Shown here: in pieces, positions 50,230-60,847 of the stretch
Layout of the letters: each line of letters opens with the position of its first letter
Position numbering within the stretch: the stretch's first letter is position 1
Source: Anthoceros angustus
Taxonomy: Eukaryota; Plantae; Anthocerotophyta
Assembly (NCBI GenBank): GCA_010909165.1
Contig: VJWM01000119.1
Span: 248,001 to 312,000, forward strand
DNA length: 64,000 bases
Direction of reading: 5' to 3'
The notes under the pieces: generated by a model
What the model was told of the DNA's origin: nothing
The model's database searches: none
What the model saw: the letters and a program-made list of their open reading frames with translations, nothing else
Made by a program: the position numbers and the translations under genes

Positions 50230-51152
50230 ATGCTCGGACTGTTGAAGATCCCGCAGGCCCAATCGCAAGTCTCCTTCGCCAACATCTTAGAGGTGACCTC
50301 CTCCCATGTGAGAGTGTCTTGGGCTATTAGGAAATCTATGAACCTTGACCAAGCTTGGGCATAGAGCGATATAGAAACATCTTACTATGTCCTCACGGAT
50401 AGCAAAGCGCTCGTTAGGCGATGCTAAGCGTAAGCGATTCGTGAAAGGTGTCGATGTGCTTTCGCAAATCGCCTCGCCTAATACTTCAATGTCGTCACAC
50501 GACAAAACAAGTGAAATACTTCACCGCTCCTTCTCGCCATATTTCTCATTGAGAAGATTCCAAATGTACTGCCCTTTATCTCGTTCTCCACCTTGGACCG
50601 CCGAGAGATTCATATAGGAGAGTCACCTTGTGGTCTCTCGCATCCATTCTCTCTGCTCTCTCCCTCATCTTGAGTTTCGGCTCTTTGCCCTCGGCAATGC
50701 CATACGCTGGCCCTCCGCCACAGTAACCTTCATGGACCTTTTCCATACATGGAACTCCGTTCCATCAAACACCCGCGTCCTCAAGGCCGCGGTGGTTACT
50801 GAGCCCATCGCCATCACAACTCCGTCCTCTCTTATCAAGTCTACGCGATTAGTGTTCCCGCTCGATACCATGAAAGAACTAGCTCTAATACCATGAAAGA
50901 ACTAGCTCAGACACAACACAACCGCAACGCAAATCAACACGCTTAGCGCACACAAGCGATGCAATGGATGGCTGCGCAGCACCACTAGCTTAGATAGGCT
51001 CCACAGTACACATAAATATGGTGCACAGGGTGCTACATATATAGCCCTTAGGCTAGGCAACTATCGAGGAGGTAAGCCCTAGACTCGATAGTGCAACATC
51101 CTAGTATATCCTAATATACTAGAATAAGTAGCAGAGGATTGAATCTCTAACA
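49250..51152 (-). mobile_element. Internally deleted Ty1/copia element (5' LTR ~50871-51152, PBS, gag, protease, pre-integrase); partial copy at 46344-47319
   Basis: LTR TGTTAGAG...TTTCA followed by PBS TGGTATCGAGC. Protein motifs: VFDGTEFHVWK, CFKYGHYEKDC, AIDSACTSFM and LFVPNLRRNLMFV. It ends in a 3' LTR remnant with a putative ACAAC TSD. Confidence 0.85.
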
Positions 51153-52018
51153 ACAACAACTTGATGTTATAACATGGGGTTATCTACCCGTGGGTTATCC
51201 AACCCTAGTGCACTAACAGCCCCATAAGGGCCATGAAACTAGACAACGCCTTTCACCCCATTTTTGAGTTCTGCTTTGCTCGAAGGGTATCTAACTAGGG
51301 AGTTCTAATGAACTATCTTTGGATGTCACTCTGTCAAAGCATAACTAAAAGAATAACTCCAATTATCCTGTTCATGATTCTCTGTACTCACTTCCTACCA
51401 AGATTATCGGCCATTACCCACTCCCTATTACCAAGTCCCATGTCGGAAATCCGTCCTTAGTTGACTTAAATAGAATTCTTCTTCTTGTTCTATTATCTAA
51501 TTATATTTAATAATTATAAATATATAATAAAAATGTAATTTCCATTCTTTTTATGCATGCTTGTCTTTTAAAACCTTCCAAGCCCATTTTGTCCGGGCTG
51601 CCCGCGCGCCACGACTCGTCAAGACATTGTTATGCTCATGAAAACATGATTATGATTCTACACAGAGTCATTGTCATGATTACATTGCATGCCTCCGCAC
51701 AGTCCGAGAGATATATTGACACGCGTCACGATTCATGAGAAAGTATGTGCGTTCTATCTACTCCGTCGTACCATGTTGAGTAGCTTGTGTGTTTCACAGG
51801 TTTATGAATGAATTGTCCGCTGTTGTTCCACGCAGGGGTGGTGAGTGACACAGGGTGTTGAGGACCAGTTCACAGCGGGGCTGTCGTCATGTCGATCCCA
51901 CGAAAAAAAAACCCCCACAGCTGAAAGCCTGGATGTCAATCCGTTCCATTCGTAGTTGATCATACCGAGGCCAGGCCGTCGCCGTTCCCAAATCTCGTTT
52001 CACATTGTGGTAAACCCG

Positions 52019-54374
52019 TCAAAAAGGATAACCAAGCGCGCCAACTTCGACTTTGTTCTGCACCGGGAGCGGCTTGTCACCTCGTTCACAGAACCTCACA
52101 TGTAAGCCAGTGTCGATAGCATATAGCACCGCAGCCCAGAAAACTAATACCGCAAGTGACATCGCCTCATAAATGTAGAGCGTCCAATGCCATGTGGGCA
52201 CGCCGTCTCCCTCGTCGAAACGAGGCACCCCGTCAGCATCATACCGCAACAATGACTTTCGCTGGGAAGGCTTGATATGAATTTGCGGAGACAGGATGTA
52301 AGTGACAGGCAACAGCATGTGAACCGCAGTGCTGACCAGGAACATGGACAGGCCGATCAGGAAGAAGCTCTCCCCGCAGTCCAGAAAGCCGTAGCTGGTG
52401 AAGGTCTGAAGCCCGCGCCATAACACCACTGTCACCACTAGGGCAGCATAAACCACATGGAACATGACATGCCTGAGTTCCCCTAAATACTTGTTGAAGG
52501 CAGACTGGTTGCTCTGGCCGCCTGCAGCACTGTCAATATTGCTGGTAGGAACAAAGGAGAAGGTGGATTTCCAAGAGAAGATAGACTGGAACACCATCTT
52601 GAAGAAGAAGGGAGTCATCCACCAGAAGTGCGATTCATCCCGGTTCCTGCTAAGAACGGATTGTGGCACCGGCAGCCAGAGCGAGATCCATTGCAGCCTC
52701 CAAATCACAAGAGTCAAAGCAAGGTAGGACATCAAGCGCTGGTTTTCATCAGCATTTCCCACTGTGAGGTTGAGGTGGAAAGCGAGGGCGCTCAACAGCA
52801 CTCCCATAAGAATCATGTTGGCGATGGCGACATAGTAGTAGCCAGTGTTCCAGACGAAGAGCAGTTTTAGCACCAAGTTGAGGTTGCTGTTCCATCCCAG
52901 CATGGACTTCCACGTTGCCGCAAACAGCTGGATGGCTCCCAAGCCCCATCGTTGCCGCTGCTTGATATATCCTTCGAAGGTCCAGGGGGCGAGCCCGATC
53001 TGGAGCCTCTCGTTGAGGTAGACGGACTTGAAACCCTGGTTGAACAGAGCGAATGCGGTCAAGGTGTCCTCCGTGATGGACTGCGGCTGGAATCCGCCGA
53101 TAACATCGAGGTGCTCTCTGCGGAATACAGCGCCCGTGCCGATACAGTTTGCGCATCCCAGGCTATCTCTGTGCACCAGGACTCTCTCGTATCCCATCAT
53201 GCACGAGTCGTTGAGAGGATCCCCTGGAGGCAAATTGTAGAAGGATTGCGGCACCTGGACGAAGGAGACCTGCGGTGAGTCGATGATGTAAGGCATCAAC
53301 CGGCGCAGGAAGGTCGGGTGCAGAATCATGTCGGCGTCCAGCATCACAACGTACTCAGCATCGGAATGCTCCAGTCCAAAGTTTAGATTCCCGCATTTGA
53401 AGTTGTGCGGAACTCCCGGTACCTGCAATTTTCATAACCAGATTGAGAATCCCTTGATTCAAGCGCTGCATTAAGCCACACTGCAATCGACATGACGGCC
53501 TCTTCAATTGCTCTTGCATTCATCTCAGACGCCAATTCCTCCTTTGTTTGAGAATCCTGCACCACTGTGGAAACCTTTGCAAAAGTCTGACCCTGACCGT
53601 GCTTCACCCTTCCAATACTATGTTCATCTCCCTGTCATTCTCAGCAAAAGATAAAAGAACCAGAAGAAGGGAGAAATTCAAGCATTCACAAACGTTGCCA
53701 GTAGTGAGGAGCATTCAATGGAGCAAGATTACCTTCTTGCGGCGGAGATACGCCACCTCGCCTCCAGCCTCCACTTGCAAGGCCTCACAGAAAGCTCTAA
53801 GCTCTTCATCAACGCCGTCATCCAGCACAAGCACTTTGAGGCGGTCCTTAGGATAATCCATGGCCAGAGCGGCTCGGATGCTCTCCTTCGGAACATCAGT
53901 CGGCTCGTTGCAGCAAGTTAGCAGAACATGCACAGTCGGGAAACTCTCCCCGTTCAACGGGAGCTCGGGGCGAGCACTCGGGGGCAGGAGGTGATCCACA
54001 GCTGCGAACACGAGGCTAATGAAGTAGACGAACTCGCATAAGAGGACAAGGAGGAGCCAAGGCGCCTTCCAGGTCTCATCCCACTCCCTGGAATACAATC
54101 TGACCTTGAATGCCAGGTAATTGAAGGTGGCAGCGATCTGAGCCACGAGGAGAAAACTGGAGAGAATGTGCATCACAACCTTCCTCCGGTACGCGCTCCG
54201 ATCCTTGCCTGCCTTCCAACTCGGCAACGAACAATTGCCATCGGTGAGCTTAGATGCGTCCTTGTGCGTCTCGGCGGGGTAGAGCAGGACCTCGGAGTCA
54301 TCGTCTTGGACCTCCTCCCCGCCCCGTTCGGTCTCCCCCAGGCCGTGGCTCAGGGCCAACTGCGGCGACCGCAT
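52019..54374 (-). CDS. Processive GT2 beta-glycan synthase of bacterial/fungal type (moss arabinoglucan synthase-like); exons 54374-53733, 53422-52019
   Basis: D,D,D,QxxRW signature (LDDG, LDADM, ITED, QRQRW), HNFKCGNLN and FVQVPQSFYN, with 2 N-terminal and several C-terminal TMs. There are no CESA zinc finger, P-CR or CSR insertions. Confidence 0.88.
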
Positions 54375-55073
54375 CTTGATCGTTTCGCTCAAGCGATCTA
54401 TCTGCAATACGCAGCAAGCCTCCTAATGATCAGCCGGACGATCCCTAATCCAGAATTGGCACAAACCAATTCTTCTCAACTTCTCAGTACACCGGATCCC
54501 GGCATCCACTCCCCTCCACACCAATCCGAGTCCCTACCGCCTCGTCTGCGTGGACATGGCCAGCAGATCCCGTCTCAACAACACTCAAGGAACACGCAGC
54601 CATCTGTATTCAGAGCTTGGTATGGATGCGCATTCCTCTTCTTTCTTTTCTCTCATTCCTTTACCTTTTCCACCACGTACCTGTTCCATTTATCTTTACC
54701 AAAAAATAGAAGAAGCGCATACATATCACACCCGCATTGCCTTAAGGGATCGATTCCATTCCATACCTTCTTCTGAATTTGTTGGTTTCCTCGTTTTCCT
54801 GTGTGGTTTGAACAACTTCTTGACCTCGACAACGGGACAACCCTCGGCTGTTTTTCATCAGCTTCTCGTCTCCTCGTTTATAGGTCATCTACATTGCTTT
54901 TGGTCAATAGTTCCCGCTAGGCTAGTTTTCTTTCCTCCTTTCTCTTTCCCACCATTGCTCCGACCACTTCATGGAAGGAATATCAACAGCAAATGTCATA
55001 TCCAACAGTTGCACTTGCTATCCAAGAGATGTAATTACCAATCAAAGGCCTTGCTTCGACAGCTTTGCACATA

Positions 55074-56828
55074 TCAAGCAGCCAAGGAACAGTCAGTGTA
55101 GCTCGAAATGGAGAAAACAGACTCGTGCAAGTCATGCTCGATCACAAACCCTTGCTGCAGCCTGTTGCCCAAGATGGAGAGGCCGGGCTGGCCCATCGTG
55201 GTAAACGCATAGCAGAAGACAGTGAGCGGGTCATCCAAGGCAAACACGATATTAGGGTAGGGAATTTCCCACACCGCTCCTCCCTTCAAGTGAAGGGCGA
55301 AGGAGGGAACGGAGGAGGCGAGAGTGGAGGCATTCTCCACGACGTAGCATGGCCCCATGCCGCCAGCGTATCCCTCCAGGTCGGTGGGCGCGCGGGCCAG
55401 CCCAGTGGTGGCCGCCTCCAGCGCGGCCTTCAGCGGGTCGCAGATCTCGGGCACCAGGATCTGCACGGTGGTGCCGGAGTCCAGGAGGACCCCGCCCTTC
55501 GGGGTCCCGGCCTGGATGGCGAAGGCCGACTCCGGGATGTCCAACAAGGTCCCCCCCACCGCGATGCCCGTCACCCCGATGTAGTAGAAGCTCCCGTTCG
55601 CGGCGGCCGGGTTGGCCAGCATCGGGGTCTGCTGGAAGTGCAGCCCGCTGTTGTTGGCTGTGCTGGGGAGCTCGCCGACGTAGATGAAGCCCTCGCCGTC
55701 GCTGGGCGGAAGGCAGATGGAGAAGGTGCCCTCGCCCAGCTGGTTGGGCAGGGAGAGCGGGCCTCTGTCCAGGCCGAGGATGCTGAACGATTGTTGCCCT
55801 ACTGCAAAGGATCCGCACCCGAAGATGAAGCTCGGGTCCCCCACTCCCTGGCTCACTGCGAGGAAGTGCAATTGGGATGACTCGGGAACGGTTGGTGGAA
55901 TTGGAATGGAAGAAGATGGCAGTGTTGTGATACCTACCGTTGTCAGGGACCGGGGCGGTGACGAGGTTGTCAGTGGCCACGGATCCTACCGACTGGCTAC
56001 CTCCTCCATAGGTTATGTTGAATCTGCAGAACTGGTGGGCGGCGTCGCAGGAGTACAGGGCGCCGGTGTGGAAGGTGCAGTTCGCACACGGCAGCTTGGA
56101 GTAAGTGCTGGACTTGGTTGGGTCGAAGGCAGTGGTTTTGTTGCACAGATCGCATGGGAGGCACTCAACCCAGGTCAGTTCGCTTCCCGTGTCCAATGCT
56201 AGCACCTCCGTTTGCGGGGGAGTTCCGATCTGTACAGTGGAAGCTGGGATGGTTGTGAGAGATTCCTCTGCCGCTGTTGCAGAACCATGACGTGGTCAAG
56301 GCATACCTCCAAGGTGAGGTAGAACTCGGGGCTCAGGAATTCCCTTGGGTGGACACGAGCAGATTCAGCTCCTTCAGTCGCGCGTGCCGCTATGGCCTTA
56401 GCCCGGCTCCTGCAGCTGGCGACGACGCGTGCCACCCACTTCTCGTAGCTCCAGTCCGGAGGCCTCAAGGACGGTGCGTTCGCTGCCACCAGCTTCCGAG
56501 CAAATCCCTGCCTCGATGTTGCACGTGATGCAGCCCATGGGAGTCTTGAGTATTGCGACGGCGTGAACTCAAAGGGCTGCAAGTCTTGCTCGCCTGCAGT
56601 TTAAAATCATCATGTCATGTCCAAAGCTTTGGTAACCGTGAATGTGCAACTCGTGACACGATCGACCTTCCCTTCTCGTTGCAAGCAAAACAACCCCAAA
56701 AGTTTTCCACCGGAAGTAATGCAGAGCTCACTCAGGGATCCCAGCTTGTGCTCCCACTTTGCCTGCACCACTGCAACTCGAGCAATCAAGAGGAACAACA
56801 ATCCCACTGTGCATGTGAAGGCCACCAT
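55074..56828 (-). CDS. Secreted nepenthesin-like (A1B) aspartic protease, 4 exons (introns ~56667-56578, 56306-56230, 55937-55856)
   Basis: Signal peptide, FYLTLE|IGTPPQTEVLALDTGSELTWVEC, FIFGCG, ILGLDRGPLSLPNQL, LLDSGTT and SILGNRLQQ. The first intron boundary is tentative. Confidence 0.88.
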
Positions 56829-57927
56829 GTCTGAGTGCCCCATGGTCCCGGGTGGTGAGAGGAAGGGATTAACTGGACTCAGACAGACGATTTAGAACCT
56901 AACTTTCTTCTAGTACACTGACACTAAACTGAAGTTCTGGTCTTTCAGTCTGGTGCTTGTCAGGAGCGCCACTTATTTGTGCCATGTCAAGGAACTATTG
57001 GATGTGTGTGATGAGGTGTCCATGTCTCACAACCTTTGTAGAGTCGGAGTCACTCCCATCATCTCTCTTCTGGTTAACGAGCTTTGGAATCTTCTCAATC
57101 ACCGATCCTGTGAACACGGCAACGACTTTAGGGTTGATTTCCCATGCAGCAAGTGGTGCATCCTCATGTCATGGCACTGCAAGGTATATGAACTCAAGGC
57201 ATTGCACTTTGTGGGTGTTTGCTCGGAAGGACGTGAAGGGAGCACACTCTCCATAAGTTTCATGACTCTGGCAGCAGCTATGCCTATTGCCACTCCATCA
57301 TGCAAGTCAGAATTGCACAACTTGACGCCATGGGCTGAATGTCCTGCACCAGATGACCACTTACCCAACATCTGACTTTTGAGCCGGGAGTTCCCATGGC
57401 CTGCTGGGCACTTGTACATGTGGTTCCAAGGCTGCACCACCAGTAGACACAAGACATAACGATGCATCGCTCACCATAGCCGGGAGCCAGTATGGGAATA
57501 CCTCAACAACACGTCCTCCATTGTGGGAAAGTATGACCATTGTCAATAGCAGGAGTGCTGAGACGTTCATCATGGATGTGCACAGGATTAGCAGGCAGGG
57601 AAGCAACCTGGACAAAGATCACAGACTGGGTGGGTTCTGAGGGGAGTCTGTAGTTGCTAGGCCAGAGTTGCTTTCACCGTGTTTGCTGATGTCTTAATAG
57701 CTGCCGTGCAGGTCCTATCCCGGCTCACGGGATTGAGGTCACTTGTTGTGTGTGGCAATTCCGAGATCATGCACCGCTTGAGATTTTCCGGGGCCATGGC
57801 TGCCCTTGTGTAGTATTGTGGCAGAGGATCTCCGCTGAGCTCTCAGTCGGCTTAGTGACAGGAGGTCGGGAAGCCTCCCGTTTCTGCGAGGACACAGCAT
57901 GTCTGGCAGCTGGAGATTCAGGAGGTT

Positions 57928-60525
57928 GTGTGGCTAAACAGCCTCAGGGCAAACCAGTTCGGGTCGATGGGTCGTTGTGCATCAACATCCAGCTCGAGCG
58001 TGACGGGTGATGGTCATCTCTGCAGGCCTGCAGGATACGAAAGGGGTGTTACGGCTAAGACCGTGACCACACTATGTCAGCCAGGGCAGCACAGTGAGGC
58101 GGCCATTGAGGCTTTGGGAGTTCTGGTGCACACAGACTGCCGGGTCTCCAGACCTCTGTTTTACATGGTGCTGAAACAATGTGTGGCCAAGAAGGATCTG
58201 CCTCTGGGTCGCCGGCTCCATGCGCTTACTGTGAAAAAGGGATACGAGACGGACACGTTCCTGTGCAACCACATCCTGCGGATGTATGCTTCTCATGCCA
58301 GGTTAAAGGAAGCTATGGATGTGTTCGCGATGGTGGCTATACCAGATGCCTTCATGTGGTCTTCTATCATATCTGCACATGTTAGACATGGGCAGGACAA
58401 GCAGGCCATAGAACTGTATCATCGGATGCGCGGGTCAAGTGTGAAGCCCGACGGGCATGTGTTTGTAGCAGCCCTTCAGGCCTGTGCAAAGGGAGGAGAC
58501 TTGAAATCTGGGCAGCAGGTGCATGACGATGTGTTGGCCAGTGGGGTAGAGCCTGGCTTGTTTGTCTGTAACGCCTTGGTTCACATGTATGCAAAGTGTG
58601 GTAGCTTGGAAGAAGCTGAGAGGGTGTTTGAGGAAGCGGGGAAGAAAGATGTGGTGACGTGGAATGCCATGATCGCAGGGTATGCCCAGCAGGGCATGGT
58701 CCAGGAAGCCCTTCATCTTTACAGTATTATGCAAGAAGAAGGCTCTTCAGCTGTGCCCACTTCTGTGACATTTGTGTGCCTCCTGCAGGCATGTGCAAGT
58801 GTGGGGAATTCGGCTTTGGAGCAGGGGAAGCAGCTCCATGCAACTATTAGAGAACGAGGGCTTGAAGCTGATGTGTTTATAGTCAATAGTCTGCTGAACA
58901 TGTATGCAAAGTGTGGCAGCCTAGAGCTTGCGCGTGGCGTGTTTGACGGACATGGTACCAAAGATGTAGTGACCTGGAATGCCATGATAGCAGGATATTC
59001 CCAGCAGGGCATGGGCCAGGAAGCCCTTCAACTTTACAGTGCAATGCAAGAAGAAGTAGGTGGTGCTGTACCGAATTCTGTGACATTTTTGAGCCTCCTG
59101 CAGGCGTGTGCATGTTTGGGTGCCCCGGCTTTGGAGAAGGGGAAGCAGCTTCATGCGCAAATTAGGGAACAAGGACACGAAGCTGATGTTTTAGTAGCCA
59201 ACAGTTTGGTAAACATGTATGCAAAGTGCGGAAGCGTGGAGGACGCACAAGGTGTGTTTGACAAACTTGGTCAAAAAGATGTGGTCACATGGACTGCTCT
59301 GATAGCAGGGTATTGCCAGCAGGGTATGGGCCAGAGAGCCCTTCATCTGTACAGGACTATGCAACAAGAGGGCATCGCTGGAACCGACAGTGTGATATTT
59401 GCGTGCCTCCTGCAGGCGTGCGCAATTGTGGGCACACTAGCTTTGGAGAAGGGGAAGGAGCTTCATGCACAAATCAGAGAAGGAGGGCATGAAGATGACG
59501 TGGTTGTAGCCAACAGTTTGGTAAACATGTACACAAAGTGTGGCAGCTTGGAAGATGCCAAGAGAGTGTTTGACGGTCTTGTTGAGAAAGATGTGGTGAC
59601 ATGGACAGCTCTGTTAGCAGGATATTCCCAGCAGGGCATGGGTCACGAAGCCCTTCAGCTCTACAGGGCTATGCAACAGGAAGGCATTGCTGTACCCGAT
59701 TCTCTCACTTTTGGGTGCCTGCTGCAGGCGTGTGCGAATGTGGCAGCTTTGCAGCTTGGAAGGGAGTTACATGCGGAGATTGGAGAACAGGGACTTTTAG
59801 CTGATGTGCTTGTTGCCAATAGTTTGATAAATATGTATGCAAAGTGCGGCAGCTTGGAAGACGCTCAGAGAGTGTTTGATGCACTTGGCGAAAAGGATGT
59901 GGTGACATGGACCGCACTGATGGCAGGCTACACCCGTCAAGGAGCCTGTGAAGTGGTATTTGACTTGGTACAGAAAATGAGAGAGGATGGCGTACAGCCG
60001 AATGCCATCACGATGCTCAATGTGCTGACAGTTTGCAGCCATGTGGGTCTAGTGAGCAAGGGGCAGGAGTACTTTGAGGCTATGAGCACCCGGTATGGAG
60101 TCACTCCTACGGTAGAGCACTACACATGCATGGTGGACCTCCTGGGCCGTGCTGGCCAACTGAACGAGTCACTATCTTTGGCAAGGACAATGCCCGTGTT
60201 GCCCAATGCTGCAGTCTGGCACACTCTATTGGGTGCTTGTCGAAAGTGGAGCAATGTGGAGGTGGGACTTCACGCATTTGACGAAGCACTGAAGCTGGAC
60301 AAGAAAGATGCAGCAGCGTATGTGTTGATGTCGAACATTTACACAGGTGCCCATATGTGGGAGCAGGCAGCGGAGATCCAGGCTAGGAGGAAAGCTGTCG
60401 GGGCACGGAAGCTACCAGGCCAGAGCTGGTGGACAGACATGGACGGTGTGTTGCATAGTTTTTTGGTTGCGGACAATCAGCAGCATCCCAACACAAATGT
60501 GTGCGATGCAGGAGGAACTATATGA
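57928..60525 (+). CDS. PLS-class PPR protein with E1/E2 and a WW-type PG box, lacking the DYW deaminase core (organellar RNA editing specificity factor)
   Basis: Repeated P/L/S motifs (VVTWNAMIAGY, TFVCLLQACA, NSLVNMYAKCGSLEDA), P2-L2-S2, WHTLLGACR, YVLMSNIY and KLPGQSWWTDMDGVLHSF. The first in-frame ATG is at 57968. Confidence 0.93.
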   Translation: MWLNSLRANQFGSMGRCASTSSSSVTGDGHLCRPAGYERGVTAKTVTTLCQPGQHSEAAIEALGVLVHTDCRVSRPLFYMVLKQCVAKKDLPLGRRLHALTVKKGYETDTFLCNHILRMYASHARLKEAMDVFAMVAIPDAFMWSSIISAHVRHGQDKQAIELYHRMRGSSVKPDGHVFVAALQACAKGGDLKSGQQVHDDVLASGVEPGLFVCNALVHMYAKCGSLEEAERVFEEAGKKDVVTWNAMIAGYAQQGMVQEALHLYSIMQEEGSSAVPTSVTFVCLLQACASVGNSALEQGKQLHATIRERGLEADVFIVNSLLNMYAKCGSLELARGVFDGHGTKDVVTWNAMIAGYSQQGMGQEALQLYSAMQEEVGGAVPNSVTFLSLLQACACLGAPALEKGKQLHAQIREQGHEADVLVANSLVNMYAKCGSVEDAQGVFDKLGQKDVVTWTALIAGYCQQGMGQRALHLYRTMQQEGIAGTDSVIFACLLQACAIVGTLALEKGKELHAQIREGGHEDDVVVANSLVNMYTKCGSLEDAKRVFDGLVEKDVVTWTALLAGYSQQGMGHEALQLYRAMQQEGIAVPDSLTFGCLLQACANVAALQLGRELHAEIGEQGLLADVLVANSLINMYAKCGSLEDAQRVFDALGEKDVVTWTALMAGYTRQGACEVVFDLVQKMREDGVQPNAITMLNVLTVCSHVGLVSKGQEYFEAMSTRYGVTPTVEHYTCMVDLLGRAGQLNESLSLARTMPVLPNAAVWHTLLGACRKWSNVEVGLHAFDEALKLDKKDAAAYVLMSNIYTGAHMWEQAAEIQARRKAVGARKLPGQSWWTDMDGVLHSFLVADNQQHPNTNVCDAGGTI

Positions 60526-60847
60526 GGCACGTCGGGACTGGTCACTGGCACACTGCAAAGTTTTTCACAAATCTGGTAACATCATTCATGTGTTTCTGTA
60601 GAGATAACAGGTGCAAAATCGGATCCTTCCGTATCGGGAAACATGGGGTTGGATGTGGAAGGTATCCTCGACAGTGCACCGATCAACGTCGTCTCGCTGC
60701 GGTAGGCATGCTGCAGACCGGCTCATCTCGACAATGTAAGATGCACCCTAAAAGCCCTACATAGGACATGCCCAAATTAAGAGTTTAGGGTCTTAGAGTG
60801 GAGAAAGCCGAAAGCCTTGTGGGAGAAGAGGCTGTGAAGTGGGAGCC

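Noticed and set aside
52019-54374. Bacterial contamination or recent HGT of bcsA
   Set aside because: It has a spliceosomal intron, plant neighbours and no PilZ domain or bcs operon. A related family is already known in non-seed plants.
55074-56582. Aspartic protease as a frameshifted pseudogene
   Set aside because: The frame changes are explained by in-frame GT-AG introns.
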